Assembly (NCBI RefSeq): GCF_001194135.2
Contig: NC_068981.1
Span: 73,761,643 to 73,795,013 of the forward strand
Source: Octopus bimaculoides
Lineage: Eukaryota
Length of the DNA stretch: 33,371 bases
Reading direction: 5' to 3'
Shown: one piece after another, positions 23,439 through 33,371 of the stretch
Numbering within the stretch: the stretch's first letter is position 1
Layout: each line of letters starts with the position of its first letter
Notes under the pieces: generated by a model
What the model saw: the letters and a program-made list of their open reading frames with translations, nothing else
Told to the model about the DNA's origin: nothing
Databases searched by the model: none
Program-made: the position numbers and the translations under genes

Positions 23439-25045
23439 AGATTAACAGTTTTTGTTTTTGTATTGGAGTAAATAGTGCCATGAAGTTTCTATTGTAACGT
23501 TTTGTATCATTGTTTTCCGTTGTTGAAGTGTTATATTGGGTTGTGATGTAATCATATTGAAGTACATTTTGTTTTATTTTATATGGTATTGTATTCTGTT
23601 ACCATGTGTTGTTTGTAGTGCATATCACTTTGTGGTAATGCCATTAATATCGCCGAAGCACAAACAATATTAGCATTGTTAGGACAACACCCCGAAGACT
23701 GGGTTTTATTTTCTTTAAAGTCAATAGCTTAACCTCCAACAATTCTAAAATACTCAAGTGAGACCTATAATGGAGTATCATTCCCACATTTGAAACGGTG
23801 CGGCTGCTACACACGCAGACATCCTGGTCCTCATCTAGAGAAGGGCCGCTTGACTGATTAACATTCAATCACTGACATGATGTTGTTTCTGACTCACAGT
23901 TAAGCTACCCTCTGTACACTTTTCTATCGCTACTGTAATGGGCTCTGTTCTTCGAAGGTGGCCGGTCTCGTACCTACATTCTGATCCACTCGTCTCTCCA
24001 CCTTCCCACCCTTGTAGCATCCCGGCTCTGCACCAACCATAATTACCAGTCCTTCCTTCCCAGAGTATCGGCTTTCTGGAATCTTCTCTGTAGTCATGTC
24101 TTACCTGCAAATGTTAATTAAAAGAAACATTAATATGGATTCAAGCTACCGGTCTTGGAGAATCTGAAAACGCCCTGGGCCCTTTCACTTCATCCAGATT
24201 CGACAAATGGTGGTATTGTATTTTATTCTATTGACTTCTATTGCATTGTATTAGGCTGCGAATTGGCAGCCAGTCTTTTGGCGTCAGATACAAATCCATG
24301 CGGCATTTGTTACGATCTTTTACACTCAAGACCCCGCCATTCTTTTGCAGCCAATAGAAGAGACACCAATCCCAGTGATGCATTAAACGGAAGTGTAGGA
24401 ACGCCAACTCAGATGCTTTGCAATATTTTGCTCCGGGTCTTTGCGACCTGAGCTCAGATCTGTCCATGGCCTTTTTGCATTTATGTATTGCTTGTAATAA
24501 TTATTATATTATGCTTCTCAAAATATTTGCTCTGCGTTAATTTGTCTTGGTATTGCAAAAGGCGTTATCTGCAACTGTCACTTCATCTTATTTTTAATTT
24601 TCGGTATCTTCGTCAATTTCTTTTCCTTTGTCTCTTCCTCCGATTCTTCTTTCTATTCAAATTTCGTCTTTAATCCACTTATTCTCTCGTTGGCAGTGTA
24701 AGTAGTGTGATGAATAAAATGCCTTGTATCATATGTCTTGTATCCTCCCGTTGCATACCGAAGATCCTAACACAGAATGCAAATATCATAATGATTAGCT
24801 ACAATTCATTTTGTCCGGCATTCAACCATTTCTGCCACACATCCACCACCCTATCCCTTCATGTAAAATAATCAATGAAAAAGGCATTATTACGATTGTT
24901 GTTGTTGTTTTTATTGTTATTGTTGTTACAGCCGTTATTGTGATGTTATAATGACTTAAAATAAGTGTAAAAATAAAAACAATAATGGTTTTCTCAATAT
25001 CTGGATAGAATTTAATGTTTGTTTGATATATATATATGTTTGTTT

Positions 25046-25049
<4 letters not shown>

Positions 25050-25117
<68 letters not shown>
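25050..25117. repeat. (TA)n microsatellite
   Basis: Direct reading. Confidence 0.97.
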
Positions 25118-25120
<3 letters not shown>

Positions 25121-25511
25121 TTTTATTCTTTGTTTAAGTCATTTGACTGCAGCACCACCTTTAGTCGAACAAAACTACTCCAGGACTTATTCTTTCTACG
25201 CCTAGCACTTATTCTATCGGGCTCTTTTTGCCGAACTGCTATGTTACAGGGACGTTAACACACCAACATCGGTTGTCAAGCGATGGTGAGGGGACAAACA
25301 CAGACACACAAACATACACACACATATACTTACATACATATATATACATATATTATATACGACGGGCTTCTTTCAGTTTCCGTGTACCAATTCCACTCAC
25401 AAGGCTTTGGTCGGCTCGAGGCTATAATAGAAGACACTTGCCCGAGGTGGCATGCAGTAGGACTGAACCCGGAACAATGTGGTTGGTAAGCAAGCTACTT
25501 ACCACACAGCC
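25118..25511 (-). mobile_element. SINE family A, near-full copy
   Basis: Reverse complement aligns with 13642-13810 plus 14700-14880. Confidence 0.9.
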
Positions 25512-25514
25512 GGA

Positions 25515-25597
25515 TTATATAATATATATATATATATATAATATTATATTATATCATATAATATATATATATATATTATTTCTCTGGTTATATCTCA

Positions 25598-25630
<33 letters not shown>

Positions 25631-25640
25631 NNNNNNNNNN

Positions 25641-25713
<73 letters not shown>
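25515..25713. repeat. (TA)n/(CA)n microsatellites with N-gap 25631-25640
   Basis: Direct reading. Confidence 0.95.
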
Positions 25714-25716
<3 letters not shown>

Positions 25717-26227
25717 CTTTGATTTCCTCAACCACAATCCCAAATCAATAAATTACTTGTGTGTCTTTCGTAATACACGCCTGATCGAATTCACAAGTTA
25801 ACAAAATGGTAAAAAGGAAAATGGTGTTATATTTGAATGATCTGATAGATTAATAAATGAATGGCGGGATAAAGAAATACTAAAGCAGTCAATTAATAGA
25901 TTGGAGCTGGAACCCATATTTTTTTCCCAATAATATTTTCCAAGAGAGGCGTGGCTGCGTTACTAGATTGTTGTATTTTATAACCAAAGCTGTACTCAAT
26001 ATTTAGCTGGAAATACATGCAAGGATGATTCATTAATTAGATTCGATGCACTTATAATTTATTTCCAATTGATGGGAAAATTATTTGCGTAAACATCACC
26101 AGAATGGTTGACTTCCAGGCATTACGGTGGATTATAAGGGCATTGCGGATATTTTATGATTCATCGTCGTACATATGTAATGGATACATTACGGCAACCT
26201 ATAAGACTAACGGACAGTTAAGCATAG

Positions 26228-26536
26228 GTGGAGGCTCATGGCCTAGTGGTTAGAGCAGCGGACGCGCGGTCGAGGGATCGCGGGTTCGAATCTCAGGCCG
26301 GGCGATGCATGTGTTTATGAGTGGAACACCTAAGCTCCACGCGGTTCCGGCAGAAGGTAATGGCGAATTTCTGCTGACTCTTTCGGCACAACTTTCTCTC
26401 GCTCTTTCCTCCTGCATCTAGCAGCTCACCTGCGACGAACTGGTGTCCCGTCCAGGTGGGGAATCTATACGCCAACGAAACCGGGAAACCGGCCCTTATG
26501 AGCCAGGCATGGCTCGAGAAGGAACAAATAACAACA
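26228..26536 (+). mobile_element. tRNA-derived SINE with V-domain-like segment, CpG-rich
   Basis: A box TGGCCTAGTGG, B box GGTTCGAATCT; CTGCGACGAACTGGTGTCCCGTCCAGG resembles the V-SINE domain (recalled, not aligned); (AAC)-like tail. Confidence 0.7.
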
Positions 26537-26759
26537 CTTAAACCTAAGTATCATTCGTTGGCAAAGCTAAGCTCGTATCATGGCTGTTCACATGGAGAAT
26601 TATGGGTATCAGATGACTTGCTCTGTTTAATAACACTTGGACCCTTAATTGCGTTTGTGGTTTCTTAAAAAATCAAAATCGCAATCATCACTGACATTAC
26701 CGGTACCTAACCAGAAATTTCTTCTGAACCATCCCCGTCTCAAACGTTCAACGCCTCCA

Positions 26760-26990
26760 GATCTATAACTTCCAGCCATCACCACTATCATCTTGACAAA
26801 AATAACATATTACCATCACTATTATCACTAACAGCACCCCTAGTGCCACTATTATCAATACCATCATCGCCAACACTTCTACCAGCATCAACACTAACCA
26901 CTGCCATCGATGCTATTTACATCTCCCGTACTTCCTACTAAAAATAACACTATATAACACCAATACCACTACTAACACCACCACGACCAT
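26760..26990. repeat. Degenerate (ACC/ACT/ATC) low-complexity tract
   Basis: Direct reading. Confidence 0.75.
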
Positions 26991-27140
26991 GGTGGTGGCT
27001 TAAAACATCTTGGACTGCATTAACCAATGCCCTTTATAAAATGGCTGAGTGTGATTAGAAAGAGATTTGGTTGTTCGTTGGCCCCCGATGGTCGTTGTAG
27101 TGTTAGTAGTCGTATTGGTGTTATTATTAGTAGAAAGTGC

Positions 27141-27217
27141 GGGAGATGTAAATTTGATCTCAGACGACGGACGAAATACCGATAAGCATTTCACCCGACG
27201 TGCTAACGATTCTGCCA
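27141..27217 (-). mobile_element. Family B SINE 5' fragment
   Basis: CGAAATACCGATAAGCATTTCACCCGACGTGCTAACGATTCTGCCA. Confidence 0.75.
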
Positions 27218-27365
27218 ATAATAACAGTAATGATAGGAGAGTATTGTAATTCGCTTGAAGCATTGTGTATTGTTTGTAAAGAATAAAAGTTTAGAATGGT
27301 ACAACAATGCACTATAAAACAAGAAATGGATTATATACCTGTTGTAATTTGGTTATCTATAGTCC

Positions 27366-27401
27366 GATGATATTTCGGAATTACAATTCCTTCTTCAGAT
27401 C
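27366..27401 (-). ncRNA. Candidate minimal (Penelope-type, type I) hammerhead ribozyme motif with intact core
   Basis: Minus strand: GAT-CTGAAGA-A-GGAAT(TGTA)ATTCC-GAA-ATAT-C-ATC, giving a 3-bp stem I, CUGANGA, stem II hairpin, GAAA, palindromic stem III and an AUC cleavage triplet. Confidence 0.6.
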
Positions 27402-27434
27402 TTCTTAGCTGGAGTCTCTGCTATAAACTAAGAA

Positions 27435-27470
27435 GATCTGAAGAAGGAATTGTAATTCCAAAATATCATC
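27435..27470 (+). ncRNA. Mirror hammerhead motif with core mutation (GAAA to AAAA), predicted inactive
   Basis: GATCTGAAGAAGGAATTGTAATTCCAAAATATCATC; A27460 replaces G12. Confidence 0.55.
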
Positions 27471-29107
27471 GGACTATAGATAACCAAATTACAACAGGTA
27501 TATAATCCATTTCTTGTTTTATAGTGCATTGTTGTACCATTCTAAACTTTTATTCTTTACAAGTAATGGTAGGACTCAATGATCATAGTACGAATACCTG
27601 TGAGCATAAGTTTGCTTACTCAGGGATGTTCTGGAGCCAAAGAACACCAACACAATCGCCAGAACCAGAATAATATAAATCTCCGACAATTTATATATAA
27701 GTCCTTGGCTAAAGATGACGAAAATCAAATAGTGTTATTGTTGTTATTGAACTTCAAGTCATCTCTAATCAAACAATCAGCAACCCATAAAATTTTTAGA
27801 TATAGTGTACCCAACACTACATTACATAACGTCTCCTTTAATTTCTATGAAAGTGTGGTTTAGATGGAATTTGAATGTTATTGCTAGCTTGTCGAGCGAC
27901 CACATAGAGATTCGCCGTTAGCTTGAGAATCACGTCTCAAGCTACATAATTTCCCTAGGTGCAAAGTTCCGCTACCAATTTCTGACCTCATATTTGTGAA
28001 GTCACATTTGTGTGGCACAAGACCTCACATTTGTGAGAGGGACTTAACCAATCAATTCAATCTTAGAAATTTACTGATTCCAAAGGTGGTTGAAAAGTTT
28101 GCTCAACGTCAGCAAAATCTGAGCAAATAACGTGAAATACTGAAAGGAAATTTATTCACCATCCTACTGGTCCTGCCAATGCATCGCCCTCATGGATATT
28201 TATATATTTCATTCAAATTCTACTCCATAGTTATGAACGGGGTGATACTGTAAGTCTGTAGAGCAGAGAATCACATAAATTGCCAAGCTTTTGTTGTTTT
28301 TGTTTTTATGAAATATATAAAACTATATATTGACCATTTATTTGTATTGTCTTTGAAATAAAATGAATATACCATATTATATTGTAACGTTACATTCAAA
28401 GAGAAAAGTTTACAAACGAAACTAAAATCAGCCTGTTCATAACTGAAATATCATACGAAATACTGGAGTGGGGAGAGAAGGCAAATCTAAAACTGAATTA
28501 AATCTTGAAAAGTTATTCATAAAAAATCTTAGCAATCTTCCATCTTAAGCTTTCGTATTCCGAACAACTTTATAAAAACAAGGAAATGACAATAGTTTAT
28601 ATATTTTAAATTTTATGAAAAGAGAGATTTTATTAAAAAATATCATTACATATTGCACAACTTAAAATGAAACAGAAATCTTGTTTTTATGAAACATATA
28701 AACCATACCATTGTGTATTCGGTATTAAGTAGGCTGGTACATATTATAGAGCACTTATGTATTAATGATATTCTGAAATCAATGAATTTTTCACTGTTTT
28801 ATTTTTTTATTTCAGATGTGAGCGAAGAAAAAGATGAACGCTTGATTATATAGAATCTTTCATATGAGATAGAATATATTAATTAATTTTTTAAAGAAAT
28901 GATGTTGTTGTTTAGTATTCACTTAGGGAGTTATTATATTGCGATTTAGAGCAGGTTGGTTGAGCAACAAATGAGCGAATCTCTGAGGTTGATTCAACCA
29001 TGCTATAAATAGATTTGGTTTTATAACAAGCATTGTGACTAAAACGTTTTGCCCAGCAATCAACTGATTCTGTTCCTCATTGTCCTTGCTAATATGGCTT
29101 TTTATTG

Positions 29108-29266
29108 AGCAACAAAGCCAAAATTTTGGTGGGGAAGGTGTTAGTCGATTACATCGACACCAGGACTTAATTGGTACTTTATTTTATCGATCCCGCATGT
29201 ATGGAAAGCAAAGACCAACAACATTGGGATTTGAAAAGCATTCTTTCTGCCCTCTCCGCTGCCTTC
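29108..29266 (-). mobile_element. Family B SINE, diverged
   Basis: CAAAGCCAAAATTTTGG...AGTCGATTACATCGAC...TTTTATCGATCCC...CTCCGCTGCC. Confidence 0.7.
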
Positions 29267-29293
29267 GCTTTGTTAAAATAAAGGTTTTCGATA

Positions 29294-29501
29294 TAAGCAC
29301 ACGGCCAACAATTTTAAGAGAAGGGGTTAGTCGATACCCTCAACTCTAGTACTTGACTAGTATTTTATTTTTATCGACCTCGATAGGATGACAGGCAAAG
29401 TTGATATCGGCGAGATTTGAATTTACACAGTAAAATATTAAAATAAATACCGCAAATCATTTTTTCCAAACTCTCTAATGACTCTGCCAGTCTGCCGCCT
29501 T
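29294..29501 (-). mobile_element. Family B SINE, diverged
   Basis: GCACACGGCC...TTTATCGACCTCGATAGGATGACAGGCAAAG...CTCTGCCAGTCTGCCGCCTT. Confidence 0.8.
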
Positions 29502-31020
29502 CCTTAGTTAAAATATCAATTATGATGAAACAAAGATGTTTCCGTTTGTAAAATTCTATCTAAATATTTTTAGCTTTGAAGCGACCAATGGTCACGAAAT
29601 TTGTTTGTCTGTTGCTGTGGTGCATTAATATAAAATGGCAACCTAAAGCAAGAGTGGAATGTTTCAAAGCACCTACTTTCAATAGGAAATTTATGAATAC
29701 ATTTCAAAGAAGTATTGAGTGGAGTTATTTAAAACAAACAATGAATAAATGAATTGATAAGTGATGTCTGACACAGATATTTTTCGATAATGAGTTATGA
29801 TATTTGCAAATAAAACAAAAAATACCAAAAAGTTTTGCTGCCTATTATAAATTTTTTATTCACATACAAATGTAAATTGTTATTAATCTACAGAACTGAA
29901 ATGAAACTTCTTGAAATATTTATCTTGTGTCTGAAACAAGTAAAACAAATTAAAAGAAAAGAATAGTTATGTAACCATATTTAGCTTAAATAATTATAAG
30001 CTGTGTAAAATGTTATTTACAAATATTTTTTGTATTTCAAAACAGAACAAACGATCCGATGAAAATACAAACCCAATTGAACGGCCATCAGTTGGTTACT
30101 GGGAAATAAATTTGCTTTAAAAACACTTTCATAAAGACTAATATCTTGATCATTTATAGAGCTATCTTCTTCCATTATGGGAAGTTCTCGAAAAATAAAA
30201 CTGTTAAGAATTTCATAAAACATCTAATCGGTTATTGAAACATGTTATAAGTTACTGAAAACAAAGTCTGACTGATATAATCAATGTTACCAATTCCAAT
30301 AATACTTGGCTGAATAGGAATCCGCTTCAACCGCTGTATAGTATAAAATTTGCAAATGTATTCATTAACAGCTAATGATATAAACAACATACGTTGTATT
30401 CCCATAAATATGTGTAACAATAAAGTATTTATAGTATTTTTTTTTTCTATTGTGGATAGAAGGAAAAAGAGTGTCAATAATATTAAAACATGTTTGATTC
30501 GTGATTCTGCTTCGACTTTATTGTTAGTAAGAAGCTATTAACTACTAAATAGGCTCTATTAAATGTTAGTGTTACATATTAGCAATTATTTTTAGCGATT
30601 AATAATCAGTAGCAGTATTAGCTATTAGTATTGGCCATTAGAAATTATTAAGTTTATGTAACGAACATTCATTGTAAATCAATTGTATTTCTATATTTTG
30701 TGTAAACGTTGTTGCCGAGAATAAAGAGAAGCTAAAACCATTTACAAAATACACTTGATTAACATTGACTTTATTTACATACCACTAAACTGAACATGTT
30801 GTCTTACAAGCCAATGGGAGAGGGCATCTGCATCGTTTATCGACCTCCAAGAAATAGCAGCCAAATTAACCTCATTTATAACTTACTGTTTAAAAACAAA
30901 ACACATTTGATACATGTAGTCTTGTGGGTACTATACGTTGAAATGGTCATGGGTGGAATGCCTTTGAACAGAATTCTGATCTATTACGACTAGCCAGACA
31001 CTAAACAAATAATTTCTTAT

Positions 31021-31212
31021 TTAGCACAAGGCCAGCAATTATGTGGGGTAGGATTAATCGATAGCGTTAACCCAAGAACATGCCTCGTACTTAATTTATC
31101 GGTCCCCAAAAAGATGAAAGGCAAAGTTCAACCTCGGCGGGATTCAATTCAAAATGTAGAGAGCAAGAATAAATACCGTAAAACATTTTGTCCGATGCTC
31201 TACCGATTCTGC
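31021..31212 (-). mobile_element. Family B SINE
   Basis: GCACAAGGCCAGC...GATGAAAGGCAAAGTTCAACCTCGGCGG...CGATTCTGC. Confidence 0.8.
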
Positions 31213-31234
31213 TACAACTTGTCATTACTGTTCA

Positions 31235-31497
31235 GTGTGTGCATACATCAATGACTGATGCATCTGGACACATCTCCAGTGATGTGTCTAGTATCATCGG
31301 GAGTTTCGGACCTTTCAACATCATACACCTTCCTCCAGGTGACCCATCTGGGGCTGATCAGACCCCAGCTTGTGTCCAGATGGCCAACTAGCTACCCCAT
31401 GGCTCTCCTCTTTTGACCAACAGCCATCTTGAGGCCCTCCCTGCCGCATCGGTAGTACTGCAGATGGCCTTCCTCCTTCTCACTCCCTCGACGCAAT
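31235..31497 (-). mobile_element. 3' end of an RLE-type non-LTR retrotransposon (HERO-like): ORF C-terminus plus 3' UTR
   Basis: Minus 31492-31388 translates VEGVRRRKAICSTTDAAGRASRWLLVKRGEPWGS*, matching the RRKAI...EAAERASRWLW.KR C-terminus I recall for HERO elements; GC-rich 3' UTR with hairpins. Confidence 0.7.
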
Positions 31498-31539
31498 TTT
31501 GATAGCAATAGATTAGGCGAAAACACTGACCTAGTATTT

Positions 31540-31672
31540 GATAATTAATTAATTTTTATCGATCTTGAAATAATGAAGATAAAATTGACATCAACAGAAA
31601 TTGAGCTCAGAACGTGAAGTGCTCGAAGAAATTTCACAAAGCATTTTGTCCGACGCTCTAACGATTTTTGCC
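31540..31672 (-). mobile_element. Family B SINE, old copy
   Basis: TTTTATCGATC...TTGAGCTCAGAACG...AGCATTTTGTCCGACGCTCTAACGATT. Confidence 0.7.
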
Positions 31673-32289
31673 AATCCGGCGTCATTGTTAGAAAACACTT
31701 ACCGTATATACTCGTGTAAAAGTCGAATTTTTTAGACCATTTTTAAGGTCAAATTTATGGGGTCGACTATTACATGGATACAACTTTTGAGGGGCTGAAA
31801 TTCAGGCTAGAATCCGAAGCACCGTATCAGCAGCAGAATCCCAACTGATCTCTAAGCGAATAAAAACAAAAACACAATGAATTACAGTAACATTACCAAT
31901 TCTATGCATCAAAACACTCGTCCTAGTAAATAACAAAACCCATAAACAAAACAGCGTAGCTCTTACAAATATTTACACTTCCTCTTTTATTTGTATCCAT
32001 TAAACTTAACAGACTAGATGAGTAAAATCAATTTATATCTCATAACTATATCTCATAATTATATTTCATAATATAACGTAATGCATTACAGCCTAGGTGC
32101 TATCGTATTCACGTTCGTGATCAAGTGCCGTTTCGTGGAATGCGTTTGCCACACAATTTTTATAAAGGTAAACAGTGTGTCGTGTTCTGTGTATATGTTG
32201 TCTTCCACATAAATGAAAAAAAGTTGCAGGATGTCGCGTGCAGTTACCAGTAAATGTCCATAATATTGTGTAGAGTTGCTAATCTGGAG

Positions 32290-32407
32290 CAGGGATTCCC
32301 AAAGTGTGTGCTGCAAAACCTCAGGTTTCCCTCAAAGTTATCAGGCTTTCCACGTTTTTAAAAATAATGTCGAAGGATTCTGCGGCAAAAAAGTTTGGGA
32401 ACCACTG
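32290..32407. mobile_element. Small hAT/Charlie-like MITE nested in the TcMar element
   Basis: TIRs CAGGGATTCCCAAA and (reverse complement) CAGTGGTTCCCAAA; degenerate TSD ATCTGGAG/ATCTAATG (5/8). Confidence 0.65.
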
Positions 32408-32423
32408 ATCTAATGATTAACTA

Positions 32424-32755
32424 AATGTTTTTAGGCTTACCGAAGTCATGCACCTATACGAATTCATACAGGGTTGTTTGCTGTTGTTCGCCGATAGTGC
32501 TGTCTGTGAAACACGTTTCTCACCATGTAAACAGACGAACGTATGACGCATGTGTTTATTGTTTTGGGGAATGAGGAAAATATAAAGTTCGCATGGAAAC
32601 CATTGATCTAGTGGTTAATTGAATGCTTTTAGGCTTGCCAAAATTATGCCTTTGTACGAATTCAGACTAGCGTTTGCCAGTGTTCGCCGATAGTGCTGTC
32701 TATGAAACACGTTTCTCACCATGTAAACAACGAGAGTATGATGCATGTGTTTATT
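32424..32755. repeat. ~135-bp direct repeat pair (32424-32560, 32622-32755)
   Basis: Shared GTTCGCCGATAGTGCTGTCT.TGAAACACGTTTCTCACCATGTAAACA. Confidence 0.9.
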
Positions 32756-33144
32756 TTGATTGAAGATGTATGCAGGCTTGCAGCATACACTGTGCATACA
32801 TTTTAGTAATGGTGATGTAGCACCCATCAACAGATGCGTAGTGCTCGCTATTAAATGGTGTTTTACTATAAGTATCAAGCATTCCATTATAAGCACCGAG
32901 CATTCCACCTTTTAGAGCAGGCTACAGTAATGTACCCTCACAATTTTGTAACAGTATTATTTGTACTTACAGGATAATACGGTACTTCGACCCACAAATG
33001 TCCTATTGTCCGTTAAATACTAAGGTCGACTTTTATACAGGGTCTATGGAAAATACCCAATTTTTTGGCCAAAAATAGGGAGTCGACAAAAACATGATAT
33101 CGACTGTTACTCGAGTATATACGGTGTAATGTTTTCTAATTTGG

Positions 33145-33249
33145 TTGCTGTCGTATTTTATTGATCTTGGAGGGATGAAGGCAATGTTGAACTCGGCGAA
33201 ATATATCAACGTACTTTTCCGACGCTTTAACGTTTCTGCCAGCTCACCA
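33145..33249 (-). mobile_element. Family B SINE, internally deleted
   Basis: TTTTATTGATCTTGGAGGGATGAAGGCAATG...AACGTTTCTGCCAGCTC. Confidence 0.7.
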
Positions 33250-33371
33250 ACGACTACATGTATTTTTTCGAAACTTCTGTTGTTTATGTGACATTTACCA
33301 ATTGGTCGCTTCTTAGCTATCAAGACTGTAAACAGCACACACAATATGCTCTTTAGAAATGTTACTGTGTA

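Larger units (their letters stand above)
27274..27562. repeat. Inverted repeat: 135-bp arms (27274-27408, 27428-27562), 19-nt spacer, one mismatch
   Basis: Base-by-base comparison; the sole mismatch is C27376 opposite A27460. Confidence 0.97.
31702..33124. mobile_element. Non-autonomous Tc1/mariner-superfamily (Tc2/pogo-like) DNA element
   Basis: 25-bp TIRs CCGTATATACTCGTGTAAAAGTCGA and (reverse complement) CCGTATATACTCGAGTAACAGTCGA match 23/25; TA at 31700-31701 and TG at 33125-33126; subterminal GGTCGAC/AGTCGAC motifs; no transposase detected. Confidence 0.8.

Overview
This is AT-rich eukaryotic intronic or intergenic DNA from a draft assembly, with 8 N-gaps and dense microsatellites. I infer a coleoid cephalopod, probably octopus, from the recurrent SINE families and repeat style. 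No host protein-coding gene can be confidently identified; nearly all listed ORFs are microsatellite, N-gap or SINE artefacts. The window is a transposable-element mosaic. It has 5 copies of a long tRNA-like SINE with an internal microsatellite, about 17 copies or fragments of a short SINE family (including a TSD-flanked dimer), CORE-like and V-like SINEs, an RTE LINE fossil, a Penelope-like GIY-YIG fossil and the 3' end of a HERO-like RLE retrotransposon. DNA elements comprise a mariner MITE, two hAT/Charlie MITEs and a 1.4-kb Tc1/mariner-type non-autonomous element. The most notable signal is a near-perfect inverted repeat with 135-bp arms (27274-27562). Each arm carries a Penelope-type minimal hammerhead ribozyme motif, and the only mismatch falls on the catalytic-core G. 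A second signal is a Penelope fossil joined to a tRNA-like Pol III head and a half-hammerhead. Possible micro-exons, an AG|GT site and motif clusters are low-confidence hypotheses.
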